From positions 30,091-94,090 of IMG/VR virus record IMGVR_UViG_3300009502_000026: a stretch of 64,000 bases of DNA; one strand, given 5' to 3'. Position 1 is the stretch's first letter, and every line of letters starts with the position of its first letter. A program made the translations under genes and the position numbers. Below are positions 56,261 to 64,000 of this stretch, piece by piece. The notes beneath the pieces were generated by a model. The model was not told the origin of the DNA. It did not search any database and saw only the letters and a list, made by a program, of their open reading frames with translations. The DNA comes from a virus.

Positions 56261-57193
56261 CTAGCGGCTCTGACGGTTCACGTCTTTGCTCAAGTAAGAC
56301 ATTGCCATAGTCAGGTTACTACGAATCACTCCCCAACCCTCAGAGTTATCCGTATCCTTGTCATCATGTTCCAGATAGGTGAGGATCATAGTAGCCCCCA
56401 ACGCAAGCCGTTGAAGAGCTTCCTTCTTATCCCTAGGAGTAGGCTCTGGCTTCCTTAGAAGACCAAGTGCCAGTGTGATATACTTGATGACACCATTCTG
56501 AGTGAATACCTCATGCCCTTGCTTCCTATCAATGGCTATCTGCTCATGGGCACTATCCAGAGACTCCTTCAGGATCTTGGCAAAGAAGTCTGAACCTGCC
56601 TTCTTCCCACGGGCAGGCTTATCCTCTTCATCCAGGTCATATTCATCTTCAGAGTGTTCCTGGTCAAATTCATCCTCTTCATCCTCTGCCCAAGCTTCGG
56701 GATCATCTTTGATATCATCCACTTCCTGAAGGACTTGTTCCACTTCCTTACGATCCTCTGGGTCTTCTTGACGAGAAACTGCGGCCCAATGAGGGGCATG
56801 AAGTTCATCGTAGAAGGTATCGGCATTAGCCGATAGTGCCTCAACGATGTTCATGTAGGACCGTCTCAAGTCCTTGATGTTCTGAATGTACCCCTTGCCT
56901 CCGAGAGAACCATCTGGGGAGATGTCCGCTGACTTCAGCTTGGCAAACAAGGTGTAACCAGACATCGTATGGCCCAAAGCCATCATTGTAGACCGGAGTA
57001 CCCGTGCTAGAATCTTGGTCTTCTTGGGGTCGAATGGGAAATCAGGAGCGATCTTCCGTTCGGCAGGGGGAGCATCATTCCAGGCCCACCCGGATTGATC
57101 GTTCCCACGATCCTTGATGAAACGAACCTCTCCAGCCGTCCGACTCATGTAATGAGCCGCAACTCTGGTAGAGCTAGGTATAGAACGAGTCAT
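56261..57193 (-). CDS. Hypothetical two-part protein
   Basis: STRVAAHYMSRTA|GEVRFIKD; acidic linker ending GKKA|GS. Confidence 0.7.
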   Translation of the reverse strand: MTRSIPSSTRVAAHYMSRTAGEVRFIKDRGNDQSGWAWNDAPPAERKIAPDFPFDPKKTKILARVLRSTMMALGHTMSGYTLFAKLKSADISPDGSLGGKGYIQNIKDLRRSYMNIVEALSANADTFYDELHAPHWAAVSRQEDPEDRKEVEQVLQEVDDIKDDPEAWAEDEEDEFDQEHSEDEYDLDEEDKPARGKKAGSDFFAKILKESLDSAHEQIAIDRKQGHEVFTQNGVIKYITLALGLLRKPEPTPRDKKEALQRLALGATMILTYLEHDDKDTDNSEGWGVIRSNLTMAMSYLSKDVNRQSR

Positions 57194-57230
57194 ATCTCCC
57201 CCCCTTCAATGGGAGAGTATTGAAGAAGGA

Positions 57231-57647
57231 TCAAACCAGAGCCATCTTGAGACGCAGCTTGGCAAGGTCATAGAACTTCTTGAGGAACTCCTGAACTTCC
57301 TTGTCGGAAGACATCTTGGCAGACTTACGGAAGGTGTCTGCCAAAGTCTGGAGAGTGCCCCGCACTACTTCGGCAAACTGGGCATCCTGGGCTGCCTTAG
57401 CATCCACAAATGCCTTCTCATCCTTCTCAGAATCCCCAGTACCTTCGGGAGTGAAACCCATGTCATCCACACCGGCAGGCTTCTGGTTAGCCATATTGAC
57501 AAGTTCAGTCAAAGCCGCAATCAGAAGCTTTGCCTGTGTCACACCAACACCAGCCGTCTTCTCAGACGAAGCCAGGATAGGGAGAAGGTCCCCCCGGAAC
57601 TCCGGGTGTTCGTGAGCCAGCTTGATAACTTTACCTTTGAGAGACAT
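57231..57647 (-). CDS. Tagged hypothetical protein
   Basis: MSLKGKVIKLAHEHPEFRGDLLPILASSEKTA. Confidence 0.78.
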   Translation of the reverse strand: MSLKGKVIKLAHEHPEFRGDLLPILASSEKTAGVGVTQAKLLIAALTELVNMANQKPAGVDDMGFTPEGTGDSEKDEKAFVDAKAAQDAQFAEVVRGTLQTLADTFRKSAKMSSDKEVQEFLKKFYDLAKLRLKMALV

Positions 57648-57663
57648 CGGGGAACTCCTTCAC

Positions 57664-58206
57664 TCAAATCTTGATGGGGTTTCCATCCTCGTTGAACAGA
57701 CGTTCGATCACGTAGGCTTCTCCATCCTTACGGACTGCCCACAGGTCTTTCGTTGCCTTGTGTACTAGATCAGTTCCAGAATTCACAGCCATGAAGTCAG
57801 AGATATCCCCCAAAGAGGACACTCGCATAGAGACTCCAGAGGCTTGCTTGACCCCAGAAGCCACCTTGAGATGTTCCGGGTCTGTCTGGAAGAAATCTCC
57901 AGTATCCCACTTCACGAACACCATACCGTTATGAGAAGTGATGTCCCCCATAGCAGAACGGACCATCACTACAGTTCCCTGAGCCCCATCCTCTGGAGGA
58001 TTTACATAGGCCACTACGGAACCAAGGTTGGACTTGAAAGCCACTCTGGTCCCTGCCATGACAGGCAGGGGTAGGGCTTCTACTGCCCTAATAGCATCTG
58101 TCAAGGTTCGAACAGAGCTATTCCCTACCTTACCTAGATGCCGGTCCAGGGAAGAGTTCTCCGCTCCGAACTCACCAGAAGTAATAGCATCCCAAAAGGT
58201 ACTCAT
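57664..58206 (-). CDS. Hypothetical protein
   Basis: SH3-like segment, then KVASGVKQAS, then LVHKATKDLW. Confidence 0.65.
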   Translation of the reverse strand: MSTFWDAITSGEFGAENSSLDRHLGKVGNSSVRTLTDAIRAVEALPLPVMAGTRVAFKSNLGSVVAYVNPPEDGAQGTVVMVRSAMGDITSHNGMVFVKWDTGDFFQTDPEHLKVASGVKQASGVSMRVSSLGDISDFMAVNSGTDLVHKATKDLWAVRKDGEAYVIERLFNEDGNPIKI

Positions 58207-59387
58207 GCTGGAACCTCTTCCACTACTGTCCAGTACACCGCTGTACTTTGTGGAGCCGAGAACTCAATCCTGAACCCTGTTGTGGTCTTGTTGACCACCC
58301 GAATTCCAACTGAGGAGAATATGTCACAGTCCAAGGAAACTTGATAGTTGGTGCTGGTCTTAGGGACTGCAAAAGTAACATCTCTATGGTCTACGGCTGC
58401 GAAAGTCACATTACCTGTCAGTAGAGGAGTAGTTAGTGTGCCACTACCAGCTACGGAACCAAAGGAACTTCCCCGTGCTGTCACGGACGTAGTGCCATTA
58501 ATGTTCAAAGCACCGGAGACAACGGAACTGTCAACCTTGGCAGAACAGTTACCATACAAAGCCAGGGAAACCACCGAAGGGCATCCATTGACCGTGAGGC
58601 TTCCCACGTTTGCAAGCGTGGACTGTAGTGCCCCCGTCACCGGGCAGTTGGTGACTACATAGGATGAAGTGACATCTGAAGGTACTACCCCAGTGTTGTC
58701 ATAGTCCATCTGTGTCGGAGGAAGCCGACAACCATCCAGGACAATACGAGCACACTGGGATGCCAAGATTGTTGCAGAAACATGACCTTGGGACAAGTCA
58801 CAATTTCGCATCGTGAGGTAGTTGATTGCTACCCCTCGAAGGGCATAACCTCCCGCAGCCGCTACCAATGAGCAATTCTCAAAGAGAATCCCATCCAGAC
58901 CCATCTGGGAACTAGCACTTCCAATGAAGTCAACACAAGGTCTGTTACCAAACGCATTTTCGACCCTGACACCTGACATCTGGAAGAACCTGGGTGTAGT
59001 CAGCACCCCTGCCTGGATTACCACAGTAGGCCCATCAGCCGGGGCTGAAAGGGTAGGCATCCCCAAACCAAGAATGGTAATACCATCCTTGTTGATAGTC
59101 AGAGTCTCACTATATGTACCAGGGAACACCAAAACTACTGAGTAGCCAGAGGCAGCATTGATAGCAGCCTGAATGGTGTGGTACTTAGCACCTGTCCCGG
59201 TCTTCCCCACAACCAAGACACCTGAAACAGTGGACAGGTTAGCAAGGTCTGAAAGAAGGAGTCCAGAAGGATTGGGTACGTCCATGAACTTCAGACCCCC
59301 AGTAGTAGGGTCACGGGTCACCAAGAGGGTCTGACCCGAACCCGGTTCTATCTGGAGAGCATCTACTTTGAAGGGTGCCTGAGTCAC
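58203..59387 (-). CDS. Pectin-lyase-fold (beta-helix) virion protein
   Basis: YHTIQAAINAA...VFPGTYSE.LTI; C-terminal VTFAVPKTSTNYQV...KTTTGFRI. Confidence 0.75.
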   Translation of the reverse strand: MTQAPFKVDALQIEPGSGQTLLVTRDPTTGGLKFMDVPNPSGLLLSDLANLSTVSGVLVVGKTGTGAKYHTIQAAINAASGYSVVLVFPGTYSETLTINKDGITILGLGMPTLSAPADGPTVVIQAGVLTTPRFFQMSGVRVENAFGNRPCVDFIGSASSQMGLDGILFENCSLVAAAGGYALRGVAINYLTMRNCDLSQGHVSATILASQCARIVLDGCRLPPTQMDYDNTGVVPSDVTSSYVVTNCPVTGALQSTLANVGSLTVNGCPSVVSLALYGNCSAKVDSSVVSGALNINGTTSVTARGSSFGSVAGSGTLTTPLLTGNVTFAAVDHRDVTFAVPKTSTNYQVSLDCDIFSSVGIRVVNKTTTGFRIEFSAPQSTAVYWTVVEEVPA

Positions 59388-59396
59388 TGAAGTCTC

Positions 59397-60563
59397 CTAG
59401 TCCATCGCACAGTACTGATGGAACTTGATACCCAGAGCCATCATATCTCGAACAATCTGGCTGAAAGTCATCTTCTCAATAGCCTGAATGTTATCTCTTA
59501 CCCAACGGTAGAATACAGGAATATCCCTCTTCCCACCTTTTGCAGCAGGAATACAGGTTGGGAGGTTGTTCTGGTCATACTTATCCCGAATCACAAAGTC
59601 ATTGAGGTCTACTTCCAGGTGGAACTCCCAGGTATCCACCACGATAGCTTTGAAACCCATCGGGAGGACATCAACCCCACGAAGTAGAGAGACTTCCAGC
59701 TTGGGGCCTCTATCCTGATCAGCCAGATCCTTGGCTTGCTTCAAAGCAGCATCAAAGTAGAGACTCTCTCCCAGGATGTCAGACACAAACTTCAAGAAAC
59801 CCGGGTGCTGGTCTGCCCCGGTCCTGTCCAGGTCATACAGGGAGAACTGCCGTACCTTCTTCCCCCGCTTCCCAGCATCCGTCATGTCCGTGACCCGAAT
59901 CGTAGGTCGGAAGCGTTGAACCTGAAGCATGGTCTTGTCCAGGTTCACAGTATCTCCAACAGACAGGGTCTTGGAGATAGTCATACCCCGAACATCTTCA
60001 TCACTCGGCCATGCAGAGGACTCTCCTGGAGTCTCCTTCCCATGCCATTTGCCGGGAAAAGGTATAAGGTCTCCAGCTTCCTTCAAGATTGGGAGAAGAT
60101 GTGGCCGAAGGGAGGGTTCAGCATGAGCTAGCCGAATCAACTTAGATCGGAGTTTAGACTCACTAGCGTAGACAGAGAATTCAAACCCTGGGTGCTTATC
60201 TAAGGCCGCTGCCACATATCGCATCTCAGCTAGTGTCCAGGGCTTACCTACAGGGGAGACTGAACCCTTATCAAAATACACCAGAACTTCTGCCCCATCA
60301 ACCATCCATTCAGAGTCATTGGCAGAAATAACATCCCATTTTGCCTGTGCATTAGACCAATGGAAACTGAAACCTCGGTTGGACCCTTGAGGACGCCTAA
60401 CGGTCATACCCCCAAGAGAAAGGATTCTCCCCATTGCTTTGTTGACCAATCGAGTCAGCAATTTGATACCCCCACCGGATTTGACAAGGATGTATCCTTT
60501 TCCGGGAGGTACCTCGAAATTGAGATCAACGTGTTCTATTGTGTTATCCATAGTTGACCTCAA
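59397..60563 (-). CDS. Two-domain protein with an internal tag
   Basis: KLRSKLIRLAHAEPSLRPHLLPILKEA at 60075..60155. Confidence 0.75.
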   Translation of the reverse strand: MRSTMDNTIEHVDLNFEVPPGKGYILVKSGGGIKLLTRLVNKAMGRILSLGGMTVRRPQGSNRGFSFHWSNAQAKWDVISANDSEWMVDGAEVLVYFDKGSVSPVGKPWTLAEMRYVAAALDKHPGFEFSVYASESKLRSKLIRLAHAEPSLRPHLLPILKEAGDLIPFPGKWHGKETPGESSAWPSDEDVRGMTISKTLSVGDTVNLDKTMLQVQRFRPTIRVTDMTDAGKRGKKVRQFSLYDLDRTGADQHPGFLKFVSDILGESLYFDAALKQAKDLADQDRGPKLEVSLLRGVDVLPMGFKAIVVDTWEFHLEVDLNDFVIRDKYDQNNLPTCIPAAKGGKRDIPVFYRWVRDNIQAIEKMTFSQIVRDMMALGIKFHQYCAMD

Positions 60564-60985
60564 ACAAGAACATCGTAACCAATTGTGCCCGTAAAGGTGA
60601 CACCAGTCTCAACCGTGAAACCACCCACTGTTTTACTGGTCACCCGAACTGGAATGAAGTCAGGAACCGAGAATACCACCCTATAAGTAGTCCCAGCCAT
60701 AGGAGTAGAGAAGGTCACTGACTTACTGGTTTCGGCTACAAATGAGAGGTTTCCATTGACAACACTGGACCCCATGAGATTCCTCACCTGGATAATTGCC
60801 GCAGCAATATCATCCGTAACAGATTGTGGGATCGAAGTGTTGGAGTCTACCAACTTCCCCGCAGGGCTCTGGATGTCCCGTACTGAGACTTGCCCAGCCT
60901 GATCCATCCCGACAATGAAGTAGTAGGACAAACCGCCACTACTGGACTGATAGGTAAACTCGGACTTGAGCCGAATGAGAGCCAT
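60560..60985 (-). CDS. Small virion protein sharing a C-terminal domain with 58203..59387
   Basis: VTFSTPMAGTTYRV...VTSKTVGGFTV. Confidence 0.7.
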   Translation of the reverse strand: MALIRLKSEFTYQSSSGGLSYYFIVGMDQAGQVSVRDIQSPAGKLVDSNTSIPQSVTDDIAAAIIQVRNLMGSSVVNGNLSFVAETSKSVTFSTPMAGTTYRVVFSVPDFIPVRVTSKTVGGFTVETGVTFTGTIGYDVLV

Positions 60986-60986
60986 A

Positions 60987-61382
60987 TTACCAGACTCCTC
61001 CAGTCGTCTCGTATCCTCTGTCTTCCAGCCACTTAGTCAAAGACCGGATACCATCAGCATCCGAAGACCAGTACTCCAGGAACCCTGACTCGCACCCCTC
61101 CTTGAGTCCTAAGTCTGGGATTACCGTCAGACTAGCTATTCGAACCTTGCCATCTCTCCAGGAACGGAGAAGAGAGGGTAAGTTACGAATTTCTCCTCTG
61201 GGTCCAGGGAATGCAGTCACCCTGTACTCAACTCGGGAGTGCTCCTTCAACCATGACTCGGCAATTTTCCGAGCCATTGCTACTTTCTTGTGTGAATGCA
61301 AGATGAGATTCCTCGACTTCCCTATTGGATAAGGAATCCATCGTATCGGAACTTTTGAGAGGTTCAGTCCAGGACGCAGCAT
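60987..61382 (-). CDS. Hypothetical protein
   Basis: ORF fills the gap between neighbours; start uncertain. Confidence 0.55.
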   Translation of the reverse strand: MLRPGLNLSKVPIRWIPYPIGKSRNLILHSHKKVAMARKIAESWLKEHSRVEYRVTAFPGPRGEIRNLPSLLRSWRDGKVRIASLTVIPDLGLKEGCESGFLEYWSSDADGIRSLTKWLEDRGYETTGGVW

Positions 61383-61957
61383 ACCCGGGTAGGCTTACGG
61401 ACCTCCCGGAGTACATTCAGGTTTTCAGCAATCAAAGAGAACAGGACAGCGTAGTTTGCCATCGGAGGGCACAACTCCATCCTATTGATGGACCGAACGA
61501 AACGATGCCGAACAAACCCCTGGGTCACACCCAGACGTTTGGCTACCTCACTCTGACAGGTAGTGTCAAACATCAGCATGAGGATCTCAACATCAATAGG
61601 ATCGGATAGAAACCCAGCAATGTCTTTCCTCATTGCCACAATATCAACGAAAGGCATATCCAGGAGAAACTTGATTCGGGTTGCTGCACGTTGCAGCCGA
61701 TAGCATACGGTAGGTTGTGATACCCCGAAGATAGTGGCTATATCTATCTGTTTCAACTGCCTGAAGAAGTAGAGATCAATGAAGTCTGCCTCTACCGGAG
61801 GTAAGGCATCCATGATTTCTCTGATCTTGTCAATGATCTTCAGGCTGTCTTCATCAGGGTCAGTGAAAATCGAACCCAAGAAGGCTAGACCATCTTCCTC
61901 AGAAAACTTGGTAGCAATATCACCGGGGTCCATACTCTGTTGCCCTACCCACGTCAT
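61364..61957 (-). CDS. Sigma-70 region-4-like protein with two HTH motifs
   Basis: LKQIDIATIFGVSQPTVCYRLQRA and CQSEVAKRLGVTQGFVRHR. Confidence 0.75.
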   Translation of the reverse strand: MTWVGQQSMDPGDIATKFSEEDGLAFLGSIFTDPDEDSLKIIDKIREIMDALPPVEADFIDLYFFRQLKQIDIATIFGVSQPTVCYRLQRAATRIKFLLDMPFVDIVAMRKDIAGFLSDPIDVEILMLMFDTTCQSEVAKRLGVTQGFVRHRFVRSINRMELCPPMANYAVLFSLIAENLNVLREVRKPTRVCCVLD

Positions 61958-62532
61958 AGTTCCTCCACGTCAGGTGAGGACGGAGGCCCTTCAGGTTCAC
62001 CGGGTACCCCTAGCATACTACGGGCAACCAGAGTAACGATATCTATGGACCTCAACTTGATCCTAACAGCTATCTGACCATCGTTCAAGAGTTCTACGAT
62101 CTCCCCTTCCATTTTTGAGTACTTCCCACTGACGATTTTGACAGTTTCCCCTGTAGTTACGTCAGAGTACACCATGTCCCGAAACTTTCGAATCATGGAC
62201 TTGATCCGAGAGTCCGGGATGACGGACAGCACTCGCATCCCTTTGGGTCCTGTCATGGACAAGACCCTCTTGATGTGATGCTTTCCTTCGGCTGCGAAGT
62301 ACTGGGCATCGGGGAGACCCGACGCTACGAAGGCGTACCCCTCGATCAATTGAATGACCGCTGGATGCCTTTCATTCTTACTTTGGGTGATGGAAGGGAC
62401 GAAGATGAGATGACCACGGGGTAACCGAAGTTCCCGAGATAGAGCTTCTGCTAAATTACCCTCTATAGCTTTTTGCTCCCCAGCATGAGTGAGTTCAAGT
62501 ACCACCCACGTTATCTCGTCCCGACTGTCCAT
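61954..62532 (-). CDS. NusG-family (NGN + KOW) transcription elongation/antitermination factor
   Basis: WVVL...IFVPS...LIEGYAFV...GETVKIVSGKYSKMEGEI. Confidence 0.85.
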   Translation of the reverse strand: MDSRDEITWVVLELTHAGEQKAIEGNLAEALSRELRLPRGHLIFVPSITQSKNERHPAVIQLIEGYAFVASGLPDAQYFAAEGKHHIKRVLSMTGPKGMRVLSVIPDSRIKSMIRKFRDMVYSDVTTGETVKIVSGKYSKMEGEIVELLNDGQIAVRIKLRSIDIVTLVARSMLGVPGEPEGPPSSPDVEEL

Positions 62533-63853
62533 CAGACCCGCTTGCCCCCTTCAGTTCCCCAACTCGTTCCCGTACAAGCCTGAAGAATGCCATGGAGTCA
62601 AGAAGCTTAACAGGCTTGGGGGCTGTTGAAGCCTCCCGTTGAGTCTTATTGACTGCATTAGGGTTGATGAAAACTCCATCCTCTACCCTCGGCTTGGCAT
62701 CCTCGGAAACACTACCCGTTGAAGAGGGCTCTGAATCTGAATCTTGTGTTATTGTACCCGCAACCTGAACAACCTGGACCGTCTTGGGGGTCGTCATGTC
62801 TACATGCAACTGAGCGAAATCGCAAAGGAGCATGGAAGAGGTAGGGCGTGTAGGTCTATTGGAAAACTTTTCCACAAAAGTCAAGAGCCAATCGCCCTTT
62901 TCTTCTGCAAGTGTCTTGAGTTCCCCAGCATCCACGAAAACTGGAGGCTTCCCGACCCCCAGACTCAACCTGTAAGACAACATACAAAGGCCAATTGCCC
63001 TCTCATACAAGGTAGCTGGAGACATCCGGTTCAAGAGCTCTGTGATTTTCGTGAGGAAAACGGACTTATCCTTACCGATTGCCCTCAAACAAGCGAGGAT
63101 ATCCTTACCTGCATCCAGGTTCAGGTAAGAGACCATGGTATCCCTGTTCACAGGGCCTAGCAGGGAAATGCCCTCAATAGCCTTCAAACAATCCCGAACG
63201 TGGCACTCCAGGACTTCAGCGATGAGGGGGAGTACCTCTTTCTCATAAGGTATCCCTTCCTTGTCACACACTCTGGAAAGCAACCCACCTATCTGATCCG
63301 GTGTTGCAGGTTGGACCACAAAACCTGGGGCACACCTGGAGAGGACCGTTGCCCTCATCTTCCCAGGTTCAGTTGTACAGAAGATACATACCAGTATTTT
63401 GTCTTCAGAACCCGGAGCACAATCCTCCATAGGCTTCAGGATTGAGTCCAGGGCATCCTTGGAAAGCTGATGACTCTCGTCAAAGATGTAAATCCTACGC
63501 TTACCTGAGAAAGTTGAGTATTGAAGTTCCTCAACAATCTTCCTCATCGAATCTTTTCCAGAATTGGTAGCAGCATCTACCTCTGTGAGATTCTCCGAAG
63601 AACCTTCCTCCAAGATGGACTTACAGGACTGGCACTTGTCACAGGGGTTCCCATCTACTGGGCTTTCACACAGGAGGGCCCTGGCTAGGATACGTCCAAG
63701 GGTGGTCTTACCGGACCCGTAGGGCCCTGCGAACAAGTAGGATTGATGTGCCCCCTTGCCCGTATGCACGAACTGACGGAGCACCCTGATCGTGCCCTCT
63801 TGTCCGAGCACGTCATCGTAGATTCTAGGACGGTAGGTTGTGTCTAGGGACAT
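62495..63853 (-). CDS. dnaX: DNA polymerase III gamma/tau-like clamp loader subunit
   Basis: YRP..YDDVLGQ, GPYGSGKTT, Zn module C...PCDKCQSC, EVDAA, DESH, CTTE, SRC. Confidence 0.92.
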   Translation of the reverse strand: MSLDTTYRPRIYDDVLGQEGTIRVLRQFVHTGKGAHQSYLFAGPYGSGKTTLGRILARALLCESPVDGNPCDKCQSCKSILEEGSSENLTEVDAATNSGKDSMRKIVEELQYSTFSGKRRIYIFDESHQLSKDALDSILKPMEDCAPGSEDKILVCIFCTTEPGKMRATVLSRCAPGFVVQPATPDQIGGLLSRVCDKEGIPYEKEVLPLIAEVLECHVRDCLKAIEGISLLGPVNRDTMVSYLNLDAGKDILACLRAIGKDKSVFLTKITELLNRMSPATLYERAIGLCMLSYRLSLGVGKPPVFVDAGELKTLAEEKGDWLLTFVEKFSNRPTRPTSSMLLCDFAQLHVDMTTPKTVQVVQVAGTITQDSDSEPSSTGSVSEDAKPRVEDGVFINPNAVNKTQREASTAPKPVKLLDSMAFFRLVRERVGELKGASGSDGQSGRDNVGGT

Positions 63854-63877
63854 GAGGTACTTACCCCATGCTACCGT

Positions 63878-64000
63878 TCAACGGGGTAAACGCCGACGGA
63901 TGACTTCTTCTAGTTCAGTGGCAGGCCCAGGCATGGATGGAGAAAGCAACTCAAACCTGGGGACTTCAGTGCCATCAGGAAGAGACACTCTCTCAATGAA
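63878..64000 (-). CDS. C-terminal end of an upstream gene (partial)
   Basis: Open frame FIERVSLPDGTEVPRFELL...RRLPR* running from the window edge. Confidence 0.4.
   Translation of the reverse strand, partial: FIERVSLPDGTEVPRFELLSPSMPGPATELEEVIRRRLPR

Overview
This window is the virion-morphogenesis region of a large tailed phage (probably jumbo-sized). Nearly all genes lie on the minus strand and use the standard genetic code. Read right to left: DnaX-like clamp loader, NusG-like protein and double-HTH sigma-like regulator; putative virion proteins; large terminase (intein); portal (intein); a 1345-aa 2H-phosphoesterase/topoisomerase IB/zincin polyprotein; prohead protease (intein); EF-hand-containing scaffold; decoration protein; HK97-type major capsid protein; a block of accessory cargo-like genes; four repeated fibre cassettes with collagen-like proteins; a head-tail adaptor gene fractured by an atypically split intein with an endonuclease gene between the halves; and the start of an NAD-dependent DNA ligase. 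Two DNA methyltransferases are also present. The main candidate novelties are: (1) a ~27-aa tag (LRSKxIxLAHxxPxLRxxLLPxLKxA) present in 9 copies in 8 otherwise unrelated proteins, together with pervasive (K/R)-x-A sites at domain boundaries, suggesting a capsid-targeting and protease-release system for packaged cargo; (2) the 30-aa/134-aa split intein in the adaptor; (3) a near-palindromic NTAG-N5-CTAT motif upstream of at least 12 structural or cargo genes. All family assignments come from motif recognition by eye; no database searches were run.
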